Positions 9,213-18,300 of a DNA stretch of 64,000 nucleotides are shown here, piece after piece (positions within the stretch are counted from its first letter, which is position 1; each line of letters begins with the position of its first letter). The DNA comes from a virus. Under the pieces are notes generated by a model that had not been told where the DNA came from, made no database searches, and saw only the letters and a list, made by a program, of their open reading frames with translations. The stretch spans positions 32,001 through 96,000 of IMG/VR virus record IMGVR_UViG_3300007511_000007; one strand, written 5' to 3'. The translations under genes and the position numbers were made by a program.

Positions 9213-10643
9213 CTAGAAGTGATCCGAAACGTCCGGGGCTTCGTCCCACAGATTCTGAAGCTGTTCAACGTCATCACTGGCGGTCTTGGGGACACTGCCC
9301 AAAGACTTGACGCCATCGCTGGCTTTCTTCGGCTGGGGCTGCTCTGCCGCTTCCTTCCCTTCTTCTTCCTCGTCATCCGAGGCTGTCATGCCGTACAGGG
9401 CTGCAAGCTCTGCATCTTCTTCCACATCCACGTCCAGACCCATCGGATCGTCGGCCGGGGAAATGTCAACGTCGAGTTCAACATCCTGCTGGGCCATCGT
9501 CTCGATGAGTGCCTCACCTTCAGCATCATCCATAGCCTCTTTCTTCTCGCCCTCTTCTTCCTTCTCTTCCTCGTCGGCTGCCTTCTTGCCGCCTTCCTTG
9601 TCGTCCCCGTCATCATCGTCGGAGTCGTCATCGGAATCGTCGGAATCATCTTCCTCGTCATCGTCGGCTTTCTTGGCTTCCTTCTTCTCGCCTTCGTCCT
9701 CTTTCTCTTCTTCCTTTTCCTCGGCCTTCTTGGAAGCGTCTACTTCTTCCTCGACCTCATCATCGTCGGCCTTCTTTGCTTCTGCCTTCTTCAATGCGAA
9801 CTTGGAGAAAGAGTCACCAAGACCGGCAGCAGCTTCTTCTACGGTGATGATACCGTCACCGTCTGAGTCGATGGCAGCAAAGACAGCCGGGCTTCCGCCC
9901 CACTCTTCCGCCGTGATGAAGCCATCACCGTCCAGATCGTACTCGTCAAAGACGTTGTGGCCCAGACTCACATCAAGGAGAGCTTCCTTCTTGTCCTCGG
10001 CTTCCTTGTCGCAACCTTCGCATTCGTCATCATCAGCCTGCTTCGGGCTGTCAGAGACATCGAAACCAGTGTCGAAAGCATCGGGCTTGTTCTGGTCAGC
10101 AATCTTTGCTTCGAGGTCAGCAATCTTCGCTTCCATCTCGGCAAACTTGCAGGCCATCGGGTCTTCCACTTCTACTTCGGCTTCTTCGTCGAGCATCTGT
10201 GAAAGCATTGCTTCTTCGTCCATCTCCACGTCGAGTTCGTCAGCAAGAAACCCACCGGCTTCCAGACGTTCCAGAGCGGACTTGATCCGGGCTTCGCCAA
10301 GATCCATGAATTCCAAAGCCTGATCTTCGATAATCGAGGCTTCGACCTTCAAACCCTTGAACATTGCCTGCGCCATACGCACGCACTTGGCCGCACGCTG
10401 CTCAACGGCAACTCGCATGGACGCTTCCTTGGCTGCGGGATGCTCGGTGCCTTCGTCGGGGTAAGCAGGGTGCTCTCCCTTGGGGTAAGGCGGTTCTCTC
10501 GGATCTTCTGCCCATGCAGAAGGATCGCCCTTCTCGTATTCTTCCCGAGAGGGATCACCTTTGTCGCCGGGATGTTCCGTACCTTCCCACGGAACTGCGG
10601 GACGCTCTGCAGCTTGACGGTCTGTCAATCTTTCTCTCTTCAT
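9213..10643 (-). CDS. Putative prohead scaffolding protein, highly acidic, with EF-hand pair (476 aa)
   Basis: Position between protease and decoration/MCP; D/E-rich; about 20 K-x-A tripeptides by hand count; loops DLDGDGFITAEE and DSDGDGIITVEE. Confidence 0.75.
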   Translation of the reverse strand: MKRERLTDRQAAERPAVPWEGTEHPGDKGDPSREEYEKGDPSAWAEDPREPPYPKGEHPAYPDEGTEHPAAKEASMRVAVEQRAAKCVRMAQAMFKGLKVEASIIEDQALEFMDLGEARIKSALERLEAGGFLADELDVEMDEEAMLSQMLDEEAEVEVEDPMACKFAEMEAKIADLEAKIADQNKPDAFDTGFDVSDSPKQADDDECEGCDKEAEDKKEALLDVSLGHNVFDEYDLDGDGFITAEEWGGSPAVFAAIDSDGDGIITVEEAAAGLGDSFSKFALKKAEAKKADDDEVEEEVDASKKAEEKEEEKEDEGEKKEAKKADDDEEDDSDDSDDDSDDDDGDDKEGGKKAADEEEKEEEGEKKEAMDDAEGEALIETMAQQDVELDVDISPADDPMGLDVDVEEDAELAALYGMTASDDEEEEGKEAAEQPQPKKASDGVKSLGSVPKTASDDVEQLQNLWDEAPDVSDHF

Positions 10644-10677
10644 CGCACATCCTCCTGTTTTCTGGCGTATGCCATGT

Positions 10678-13362
10678 TCAATGATCTCCCTTTTCGGAGA
10701 TAAATTTGCCGAGCCGGATCAGAGTTTGTTGCTCTGAAGACTTGGGCATACGCCCGAAAGCAGCCCGACAAGAACCTAAAAAATGCCTCAACAAAGCGTG
10801 TTTGTCCTGCGTTCCAACCTTGAGGGTCGTGCGATACAGATCCACTGGAACCTGAATCCCCACAGAAGCGTTATACTTTGCCAATTTCTCTATGAACTCT
10901 ATGTCCGAGGACGCCGTGCGGACTAGCGCGAACACTGCCGCCCTATATGCCACATCCCTCCGATCCTGTGCCGCCTGCTTAACCACATTGTCGTTAGGTT
11001 CCGCAGTTGAATCTTCAGGACTCAGATCGGCAACTTCATCCTCACGTAATTGCTCCCGCACCCTTTTCTTGACCTTGTCCAGAACCATCTTCTGGATATC
11101 GTTTTCCAGATCACCGAAAGGATCTCCACCCCCACCACCGTCATCAGCATCGCCGCCCTCATCTTCATCGGGATCACCCCAATCTCCCTTCTTGAGGGTT
11201 TGAAGAACGTTGGCGGCTTTCTGATATTTGTCTTCTTGCCACTGGGCAGGAGGTGATGACAAGACTAGTTCAGCCTGTTTGAGAACTTCGGGGGAAACGT
11301 CCTTTGCTTCAAGGACATTGCGAAGTACGGCTCCGGTGAATGCCGGAACTTCAACCCACGACGCCTCAATGAACTGAACCCCACCATCTTCTTCACTCTC
11401 ATGACCACAAAGCTCTGCGACCCGATGTTTTTGATTCTTGTCATCGTAGAAAGTGCTGCCTTTCATGAAACGAATGTGCTTACACACTTCCGTTTCATCT
11501 GCGGCAACATGGCCGCAGGTCGTACAGATTGTGAAGTTCGTGAAACAGTTATGAACGACGGCACCCTCGACAACATAAGAATGGTCATCTTCGATCCCAA
11601 GGTCATACACCCAACCCTCATAGACACTCGCCTCAGAGGATTTGACCTTGTAAAGGATATAGTCGTCCACAACATTGAGAGTCCCATCAAAGTGTGAACT
11701 TTCGGGGGTCTTGCTTGTGAATTCCCTTAGCTTGGGGGCTTCGGTATTCCCCACTTTGATGAAAAAGGCGGGAAGTTTGCCTGTCTTTTCATCTCGTATC
11801 CCAATCCCATCTACCACCACTCCTGACGGCTGGCGGGGGCTTCCTTTAATTGAGCACTCTAATCGAGAATAAACCCCACAACGACTCAGCACCGTCTGGA
11901 GTTGTGTTGCCAAGGAATAAGACACCGTAGCGGCAGAAATACTGCCCCCACCGTCCTTCACTAAGCAACCATCTCCATTGATCCATGCGCCTACAAGGTG
12001 TCCAAGGATATGTGTCGGCCACGACATGACTTCAGCAGAAATCTTTTTGCCGTGACTGTATTCCCCCGCATGGCGGTAAAACCATGCCACCATTTCTTGC
12101 CCTGAACAGTGGACCGTGCAAGTATTCCTGTCTTCTCTGTCCTGCAACCATGGTGAATTCGCATCCGGGAACTCTCGCTGGAGCAATTCAACGGTCTCTG
12201 CCGCAAACGTATCCTTTTCTTTTAGTCCGAAATGGAACTGAACCTCAACCGGCTTACCTTCTCGTTTGATGTAACAGCCCTCTGCAAGGAAATATCCAAG
12301 CAACCGAGCTTTGCCAATCGACGCACCTTCGGCATTCTCAACGTCGCGGGATCTTGGAAAACAAAGGTAATCCCCAATCTCAATTTCATCAGCCCTGACC
12401 CATTCAGGCTTCCACGATTTGAGCCGCTCCAGATCCTGTTTTGCTTCCTCAGAGTTCTTCGTGGGGTCATTCGGATTGAAAATTCGCATCTGATGCCCAC
12501 GTTTGAATCGTTGCCCCATCCTCCGTGCTGGATCAACGTGGTGTCTCGGATCGATACTCTCCCCACAACCACACCCGCAGATGGAAGCTGGACGGAACAC
12601 TAAGAACTCGTGGTTTACTGTGGCCGTGATTGCAGACGGGAGTCCCACGGCTTCGACGCTTTGAACCTTCCATGCGCTCCGCATCTGATGCTTGTTATCG
12701 ACCCGTTTGGCTTTCCCCGTGTGAGTAATTACCATATCTCCAATCTGGATATCCTCGATAGGAACTCGGGTACCGTTGTCTAACGAAACCTGAGTCCCAG
12801 GGAGAAAACACCCCATCGATAAGGTCGCAACCTTACCAGAGATGATATCCTTGATGAGTTCTTTGTGCTGCCGATCCGTGGCGACCAGAATATCGATGTA
12901 CAACGATGGCCCAATGTCCCTGGCCACAGCATCAATGATCCGACCTTTGCTCAACTCCTCAAGCTGGATGTGTTCGAGGAAGTTATGTCCCCCGACGAAG
13001 CTCTTGTAGGCTTTGAGGAGAACGCCTCGTGTCCACGCATCGTGGTTGTTGTTAACGAACTTGTCACATTCTGTCTTGATCCGGAAATCCGAAAACTTCC
13101 TCATGATCCGCTGACCATCTTCGGTCACAGAACCAAGTTTGGCGTTCGGAACACTTTCCACATCTACAGAAGCAACAATGGTTGCATGAGATAGCAAATA
13201 CTTCGAGGGGTCAAACGGCTGTCCCAGAATCTCCGACGCTTGTTCAATCAGATTTTTGGAGAGGGTCGTTTTGGGTTTTGACGCCTTCCGGACCTTACTC
13301 CAAGACCGTCCTGTGATCTGCGGTTGGGTTACCGACGCGGCTGCGTATTTAATGAAAGGCAT
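10678..13362 (-). CDS. Putative prohead (maturation) serine protease, intein-containing (894 aa precursor, about 473 aa spliced)
   Basis: NNNHDAW, NFLEH, GRIIDA, LSMGC and FIEASWVEVPAF motifs resemble HK97/assemblin-type proteases; located upstream of the scaffold. Confidence 0.75.
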   Translation of the reverse strand: MPFIKYAAASVTQPQITGRSWSKVRKASKPKTTLSKNLIEQASEILGQPFDPSKYLLSHATIVASVDVESVPNAKLGSVTEDGQRIMRKFSDFRIKTECDKFVNNNHDAWTRGVLLKAYKSFVGGHNFLEHIQLEELSKGRIIDAVARDIGPSLYIDILVATDRQHKELIKDIISGKVATLSMGCFLPGTQVSLDNGTRVPIEDIQIGDMVITHTGKAKRVDNKHQMRSAWKVQSVEAVGLPSAITATVNHEFLVFRPASICGCGCGESIDPRHHVDPARRMGQRFKRGHQMRIFNPNDPTKNSEEAKQDLERLKSWKPEWVRADEIEIGDYLCFPRSRDVENAEGASIGKARLLGYFLAEGCYIKREGKPVEVQFHFGLKEKDTFAAETVELLQREFPDANSPWLQDREDRNTCTVHCSGQEMVAWFYRHAGEYSHGKKISAEVMSWPTHILGHLVGAWINGDGCLVKDGGGSISAATVSYSLATQLQTVLSRCGVYSRLECSIKGSPRQPSGVVVDGIGIRDEKTGKLPAFFIKVGNTEAPKLREFTSKTPESSHFDGTLNVVDDYILYKVKSSEASVYEGWVYDLGIEDDHSYVVEGAVVHNCFTNFTICTTCGHVAADETEVCKHIRFMKGSTFYDDKNQKHRVAELCGHESEEDGGVQFIEASWVEVPAFTGAVLRNVLEAKDVSPEVLKQAELVLSSPPAQWQEDKYQKAANVLQTLKKGDWGDPDEDEGGDADDGGGGGDPFGDLENDIQKMVLDKVKKRVREQLREDEVADLSPEDSTAEPNDNVVKQAAQDRRDVAYRAAVFALVRTASSDIEFIEKLAKYNASVGIQVPVDLYRTTLKVGTQDKHALLRHFLGSCRAAFGRMPKSSEQQTLIRLGKFISEKGDH
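11548..12810 (-). mobile_element. Intein (421 aa) with LAGLIDADG endonuclease in prohead protease
   Basis: N-terminal CFLPGT, block B TVNHEF, LLGYFLAEG and LVGAWINGDG, C-terminal VYDLGI...VVHN followed by +1 Cys. Confidence 0.92.
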
Positions 13363-13937
13363 TAGACCTTCACCTCGACTTCTTTCCCATCAGTCTTGAT
13401 CGAAATCTCGACTTCCTGCTGGGGTTGTCTGGCGATGTCATCCTCCCGAATCAAAAACATGCAACCGGTGCAGCCCATGAGCCGAACCCGCTTCCCTTCT
13501 TGCATCTTGTAAATGGCTTTGCGCAGAGTGTTCTCACGACACCGGGGACAAATGAACTTACCACTGTCCTGTTCCTGTTTCGTGGCCCGATACTTTCGAT
13601 CTTTTGCTCCCCAATACAAAGCCTTCTTGACAAAGGCACTCGCTACACGGGAAGCATTGGGGCCACCCGAAACTTCGTCTACCGGCAATCCCCCGGGCAC
13701 ACTGTCATGTGTGGGAGGATCAACCCAACAACTGTCATTGAGTTTTCGCAACTCTTCGACCGGGTATCTTTTATTGCCGTATGAGAACTGCACTTCTGCC
13801 ATTCCAATTGCAGGGAAAAGAGCAACGATCCGGCCCGCCTGTTCTACAGGCGCAAGCTCAGGGACAACCTGATTACCCACCTCAAAGTGGGTCGCAATCT
13901 GCTGATAATTCGGGTTCAGGTGCCCTTGCCGTTTCAT
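13362..13937 (-). CDS. Hypothetical head-module protein with Zn ribbon (191 aa)
   Basis: CPRC...CTGC; internal RVASAFVKKA tag preceding the Zn domain. Confidence 0.8.
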   Translation of the reverse strand: MKRQGHLNPNYQQIATHFEVGNQVVPELAPVEQAGRIVALFPAIGMAEVQFSYGNKRYPVEELRKLNDSCWVDPPTHDSVPGGLPVDEVSGGPNASRVASAFVKKALYWGAKDRKYRATKQEQDSGKFICPRCRENTLRKAIYKMQEGKRVRLMGCTGCMFLIREDDIARQPQQEVEISIKTDGKEVEVKV

Positions 13938-13945
13938 TTGCCCCT

Positions 13946-15235
13946 CTATTCTGCGGACAGGTCAAAGGAATGGTTCGCCTCCTTCGACTCACCGTCCTCT
14001 TTCTCGTCCTCGCTGGCCAGCTTCGCCACACTCTTGAACGCGCCGTTGATGTCGCCTTCGGCATCCTTGAGCAACTTCATGATGTTGCCCGTTCCGCTCT
14101 TGACCAGACGGGTTCTCTCTGCAAAGCCCTTGAACCACTTCTTGATGTCTCCAGCGAAGTTGAAGATCTTCTTGGATACATTGTCCGCCGCACCGCCCAA
14201 CCAATCTCTGACCGAAACGATCCAGTCAGCAATTCCGGCGGTCTTGACTTCTTCCTTCGTCAACGAAGCACTCTTGGCAACAATCTTAAGGCCCCGCACC
14301 GCGGCTGCAGCGTGGATCAGGTCTTCTTTGGTTTGTTCAAAGATTTCCTCGACGATGCCGCCCGCTTCCGACCCCAACCGCTCAGAAATCTTCTGGAAGA
14401 ACTCACCAGCCTTCTGACCCGGTTTCACTTCGTCTTCCTCAGCCACCATCTGTTCAATACCGGGCACCTTCTCTTGCAAGAAAGCCGTGAAGTTCAACAT
14501 AGCCTTTTCGGTTTCCACCAGATACTTGCCCTTGGCTCGCATCTCTTTGGCAGCTTTCTTCAGTTCATTCAAGCCGTCCTTCTCTTCTTTGGACAAAGCC
14601 TTGAATTTGCTGATGGCCGCTTCAAACTGCTTGGTGAGAATTTCGAGTTCCTGGCGAACCTCAACGACGTGGTTCACTTTTGCCCGAACCTGAGCAGGAC
14701 TCAAACCCGGTAGTGCTTTGATGACCTGCGGACCCGCTGCCAATTTGACATCCTGCACGAGAGTCCGCACTTGCTCAAAAGGGGAGACTTCCTCCGCTAC
14801 CTTTTCGTCTTCAGCCTGCTTCTCGTCTTCGGCTTGCTTTCCCGGCTGCGGTGCTTGCTGATCTTCAACCGTCTTGTCGTTGCCAAGGTCACCGTCTTCG
14901 ACTCTTTCCCGAAGCTCACGGTTTTCCTGCTGTGAGAATTCCCCCTTCATGTAACCTTCGTCGGCATCGCCTTCCTGCGGCCCAGCTTTTTCTTTCCCAA
15001 TATCCTCGGGATCAAAACCAGGCTCTTTCACGGGGTCGTCGCCGGTGAGGGCTTCTTTGCCGATGCCTGCCCGCTTTTCGACGAAATCGGAAAGCATGTC
15101 GCAGCGCAGCGCAAACTCTTTGGCAACTTTCTCTGGAACTCCCAATGCCTCAAAGTCATGCTCAAACAATGACGCCATGTTGTCGAGAGCGGCAGTGACT
15201 TCCAAGGCTCCCTTTTTGGTCATCTTTTGTTCCAT
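13946..15235 (-). CDS. Putative internal head/core protein (429 aa), rich in K-x-A
   Basis: Start reassigned to MEQKM 15235 (GGAGG RBS); KQAEDEKQAEDEKVA repeat; coiled-coil character. Confidence 0.75.
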   Translation of the reverse strand: MEQKMTKKGALEVTAALDNMASLFEHDFEALGVPEKVAKEFALRCDMLSDFVEKRAGIGKEALTGDDPVKEPGFDPEDIGKEKAGPQEGDADEGYMKGEFSQQENRELRERVEDGDLGNDKTVEDQQAPQPGKQAEDEKQAEDEKVAEEVSPFEQVRTLVQDVKLAAGPQVIKALPGLSPAQVRAKVNHVVEVRQELEILTKQFEAAISKFKALSKEEKDGLNELKKAAKEMRAKGKYLVETEKAMLNFTAFLQEKVPGIEQMVAEEDEVKPGQKAGEFFQKISERLGSEAGGIVEEIFEQTKEDLIHAAAAVRGLKIVAKSASLTKEEVKTAGIADWIVSVRDWLGGAADNVSKKIFNFAGDIKKWFKGFAERTRLVKSGTGNIMKLLKDAEGDINGAFKSVAKLASEDEKEDGESKEANHSFDLSAE

Positions 15236-15335
15236 CTTCTCTTCCTCCGTAAGTTTCAAAATCAGCCCCCGACCTACGGGGGAAATTCTCTTTTGCAACG
15301 CAAAGAACGGCATCGACTGTTTGACAGTCTTCCGC

Positions 15336-15363
15336 TTATAAGATTAGTGATATAGAAAAAACA
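15336..15363 (-). promoter_or_regulatory. Putative phage late promoter (CTATA-N11-ATAA variant)
   Basis: Partial match to the shared motif in the gap upstream of 15235. Confidence 0.4.
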
Positions 15364-15379
15364 TTGAGATTCGAGGAAC

Positions 15380-18300
15380 TTATTTACCACCAAGAGGTGG
15401 CTCAGTCTTAAACTTATCGCCCCGCTCCGGGTCTCGATCCCGAAGCATCTCTTGGATCAATTGCAACGCTCGATTCCCCTCCTGAGGGAACTCCGCTAAG
15501 GCCGAAGCAACTGATTCCATCTGCGCCAATTCCAGTTCTTTGCCCAGTTCTCGAATTTCGTCTTCAGAGGCGTCACTCTTTATCGCTTCAAGGAAAGTCT
15601 CTACCTGTGCGCCAGTGTCCCGAAGACAAGAATCAAGCGTCTGCGATACCTTCTTCTCGACATTCTTGGTCTTCTTGTCCTTTTTCTTCTTTCCCTTCTC
15701 GCCGTCCTCTGCGCCTTCGTCCTCATCCAACTGTTCATAGGCACTCTTGATTGCAGTATGAGAATAGGTCATGTCATTGAGGAGTAATCTTTCCAACATA
15801 TTCCTGGCATAGGCCGCTTGAGCCTCCCCAACTACCGGCCTCCCATCTTCGCCCACCTCATTGAGAGCATCAAAAATATCGGCATAGGGGCTGTCTTCAC
15901 CGCCAGCAAACTCGTAAAGTTGCTGATTGTTCATCTGCCCCATGGCTCCCTTGATGCCCTCTCTACCCTGGGGGCCACAAAAGTCTTGCATTGATCCAAG
16001 TAGCAGAGAGGGGTCTTGTCCCGGGGTGTCCTTCAAAGCCTTGGCTAAAGTGACCACCTGTGGAGAAAGCTCCTGCCCGTCGGGGAGATCGGGGGTTTCA
16101 TCGTTTACGACCTGAGCCAGGCACACTCCGTTGTACATCTGATCTAACTTCATCAGTCGTTCTTTGTCAGGCTCATCTTCGTTCATCAATTCATCAAGTT
16201 GCCCTCGGATATTCTCAGAAAGCTCCTCACGTTCTTTCGGAGATGCCTCCGTGAGAGCTTTGTAACTATCCTTGGCGAGGTCTTTGGAATCGGGATCGAC
16301 CCCAAGTGACTCGATTGTGCCTTCAGGTGTTTCCCGCCACTTCTTTTCGGCTACCTCCTTCTTCTCCTGTTGTTTCTTCTCGGCCTTTTGTTGTTTCTGC
16401 TTTTCGGCTACAACCTTTTCGCCCTCTTCAAGAGTAGTGAGGATTATGTCCATCGAATTCTTATCTTCGAGCTTCCCAAGCAATCGCTCTGCCCTGAACT
16501 TTGCCTCTTCAAGAGCATCCTTCGCTTTCTCCGCATCCTCAATCGCAAAGGCACTTTCCAGATTACCAAGTGCTTCCTCCAGGGCTGCTTTCTCCTCATC
16601 GGGGCCTTCTAATTCCGCAAGCTCCTTCTTTGCCCCGGAGACCCCTGCCTCTTCCTCTTTGGGTTCCTTCTCGCTTTCACCCTGCTCATCGGCTTCATCA
16701 CTTTTGTACTTCGCCTGTTCTTCAGGGCTGAGGCTGTTCCAGCCCACCTGTGTAACTTCACCGCCTTCGGTTTGGTGATCAAACTTCTTGCCCACAGCCC
16801 ATTCAGGAGTATCCCCGGCCATCATCAAATGCCAGAATGCCACTCTCCCCGGAGAGGGGATGTCCTCGGAAATGAGCCAACGAGATGCAATCCTCTTGTA
16901 GTTCAAGGACATGTCTTTGTCGTCACCACGATCTCCGTGGTCAACATCGGGATCATCCTCGGGTTTGACCTGCTCCCGGCGAAGATCATTGCGAGGCGGC
17001 TTCTTCTTTGGTTCTGGCCGCACCAAACGTTCCGCTTCTTCGTCTTCCTTTTCCCCATGGTCTTTGGTGGCTTGCTTGAACTTTTCCTCACACGACCCGC
17101 ACACAGCGGGCATCTCAAGGACTTCTGCGTGTTCATGTACTCTTTGTGGACAACGGCATTGGTTTTTGTTTCCGCAGATCGGGCACGTCAAACGCCAATG
17201 CTCAGGCTGCAGGATCTGCATAATCTGAGCTACAGTCTCCCCTCTCCGAACATGCAGGTCATACAAACGGTCGCCCGAAGCACTCCGATAGAGCTTCAGT
17301 TTTGCTTCATAAAGGGCTGACTGGCGCACCCCTTGATCACAATCTTCCAGATAGCCTGCCGCAATCAACTCATCCACAGCATCGTCATCCACCTGGTGAC
17401 CCCGAAGAAAGTACCCTTTTGGAGTCTTCAGAATAGGCTGCTGGTGAATGTCCATGTCCTGCATAATGGCCTGTTCATATCCGGTTAGGCTGGATTGCAG
17501 TCCCAGATCTCCCCGGAGCACCCACTCATCCCCATCACCTTCTGGGCCATCGGTAGCATTGTTGATGTTGATGATGGCAACCTTCTTTCCTTTCTGCACC
17601 GACCCGTCATGGACATAAGAATCTTCCAGCCCCGGCACCAGATAGTCGGAACGCAAGATCGAAGTTGTGTGCCCAACGATGTCTGCCACTTCCTCAAGGG
17701 CTTTCTTGAACTCTTCCTTGAGGATCTTGTCTTTTTCTTTCCTCGCATGGGGGAGGGCCGGGCCTTTCTTACGAACTTTTCCCAGAGCCTTTCGCATCTC
17801 ACGGTTAGCGTGGAAGCCTCGCATATCCTTGGCAGTGATCTCGTAAGGTTTGAGATACTCATTGATATCAGATGCGCTCACGTCGGGGAGGACTTCTTCG
17901 TCATCTCCCTTCCCTTTGGCCGCTGCTTTCAAGGCAGAAATCAACTTTGAGTCCGTAACTTCCTTGGTGTGTTTGACCCCAGACTTGCCAGTATACTTCA
18001 GGACCGCCTTCCCTTCTTTAAAGGATATATGGCTGGCTTTCCATCCCGTAACCCCGTAGTGGCCTTTGTCTGCGGAGTCCTCATTCCCGACTCGCTCATA
18101 AGTCTCGTTGATGAGAGCAACCGCCATCGCAGTTTGTTTCTTCTTGTCGTCCTTGGCGTTGAGATCCTTCTCTACTTGCTTACGGAGCTTGGGGTATTCC
18201 TTCTCAAGCTGTTCGAGCTTCTTAGCCTTCTCCCGGTGCCGATGCTGAACTTGCCCATCTGTGTATTCATAGACGACCTGCTCATCGCCATCCTTGTTCT

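Noticed and set aside
9520-9800. DNA tandem repeat in the scaffold gene
   Set aside because: The periodicity comes from D/E/K codon runs in a low-complexity protein, not from a discrete DNA repeat.
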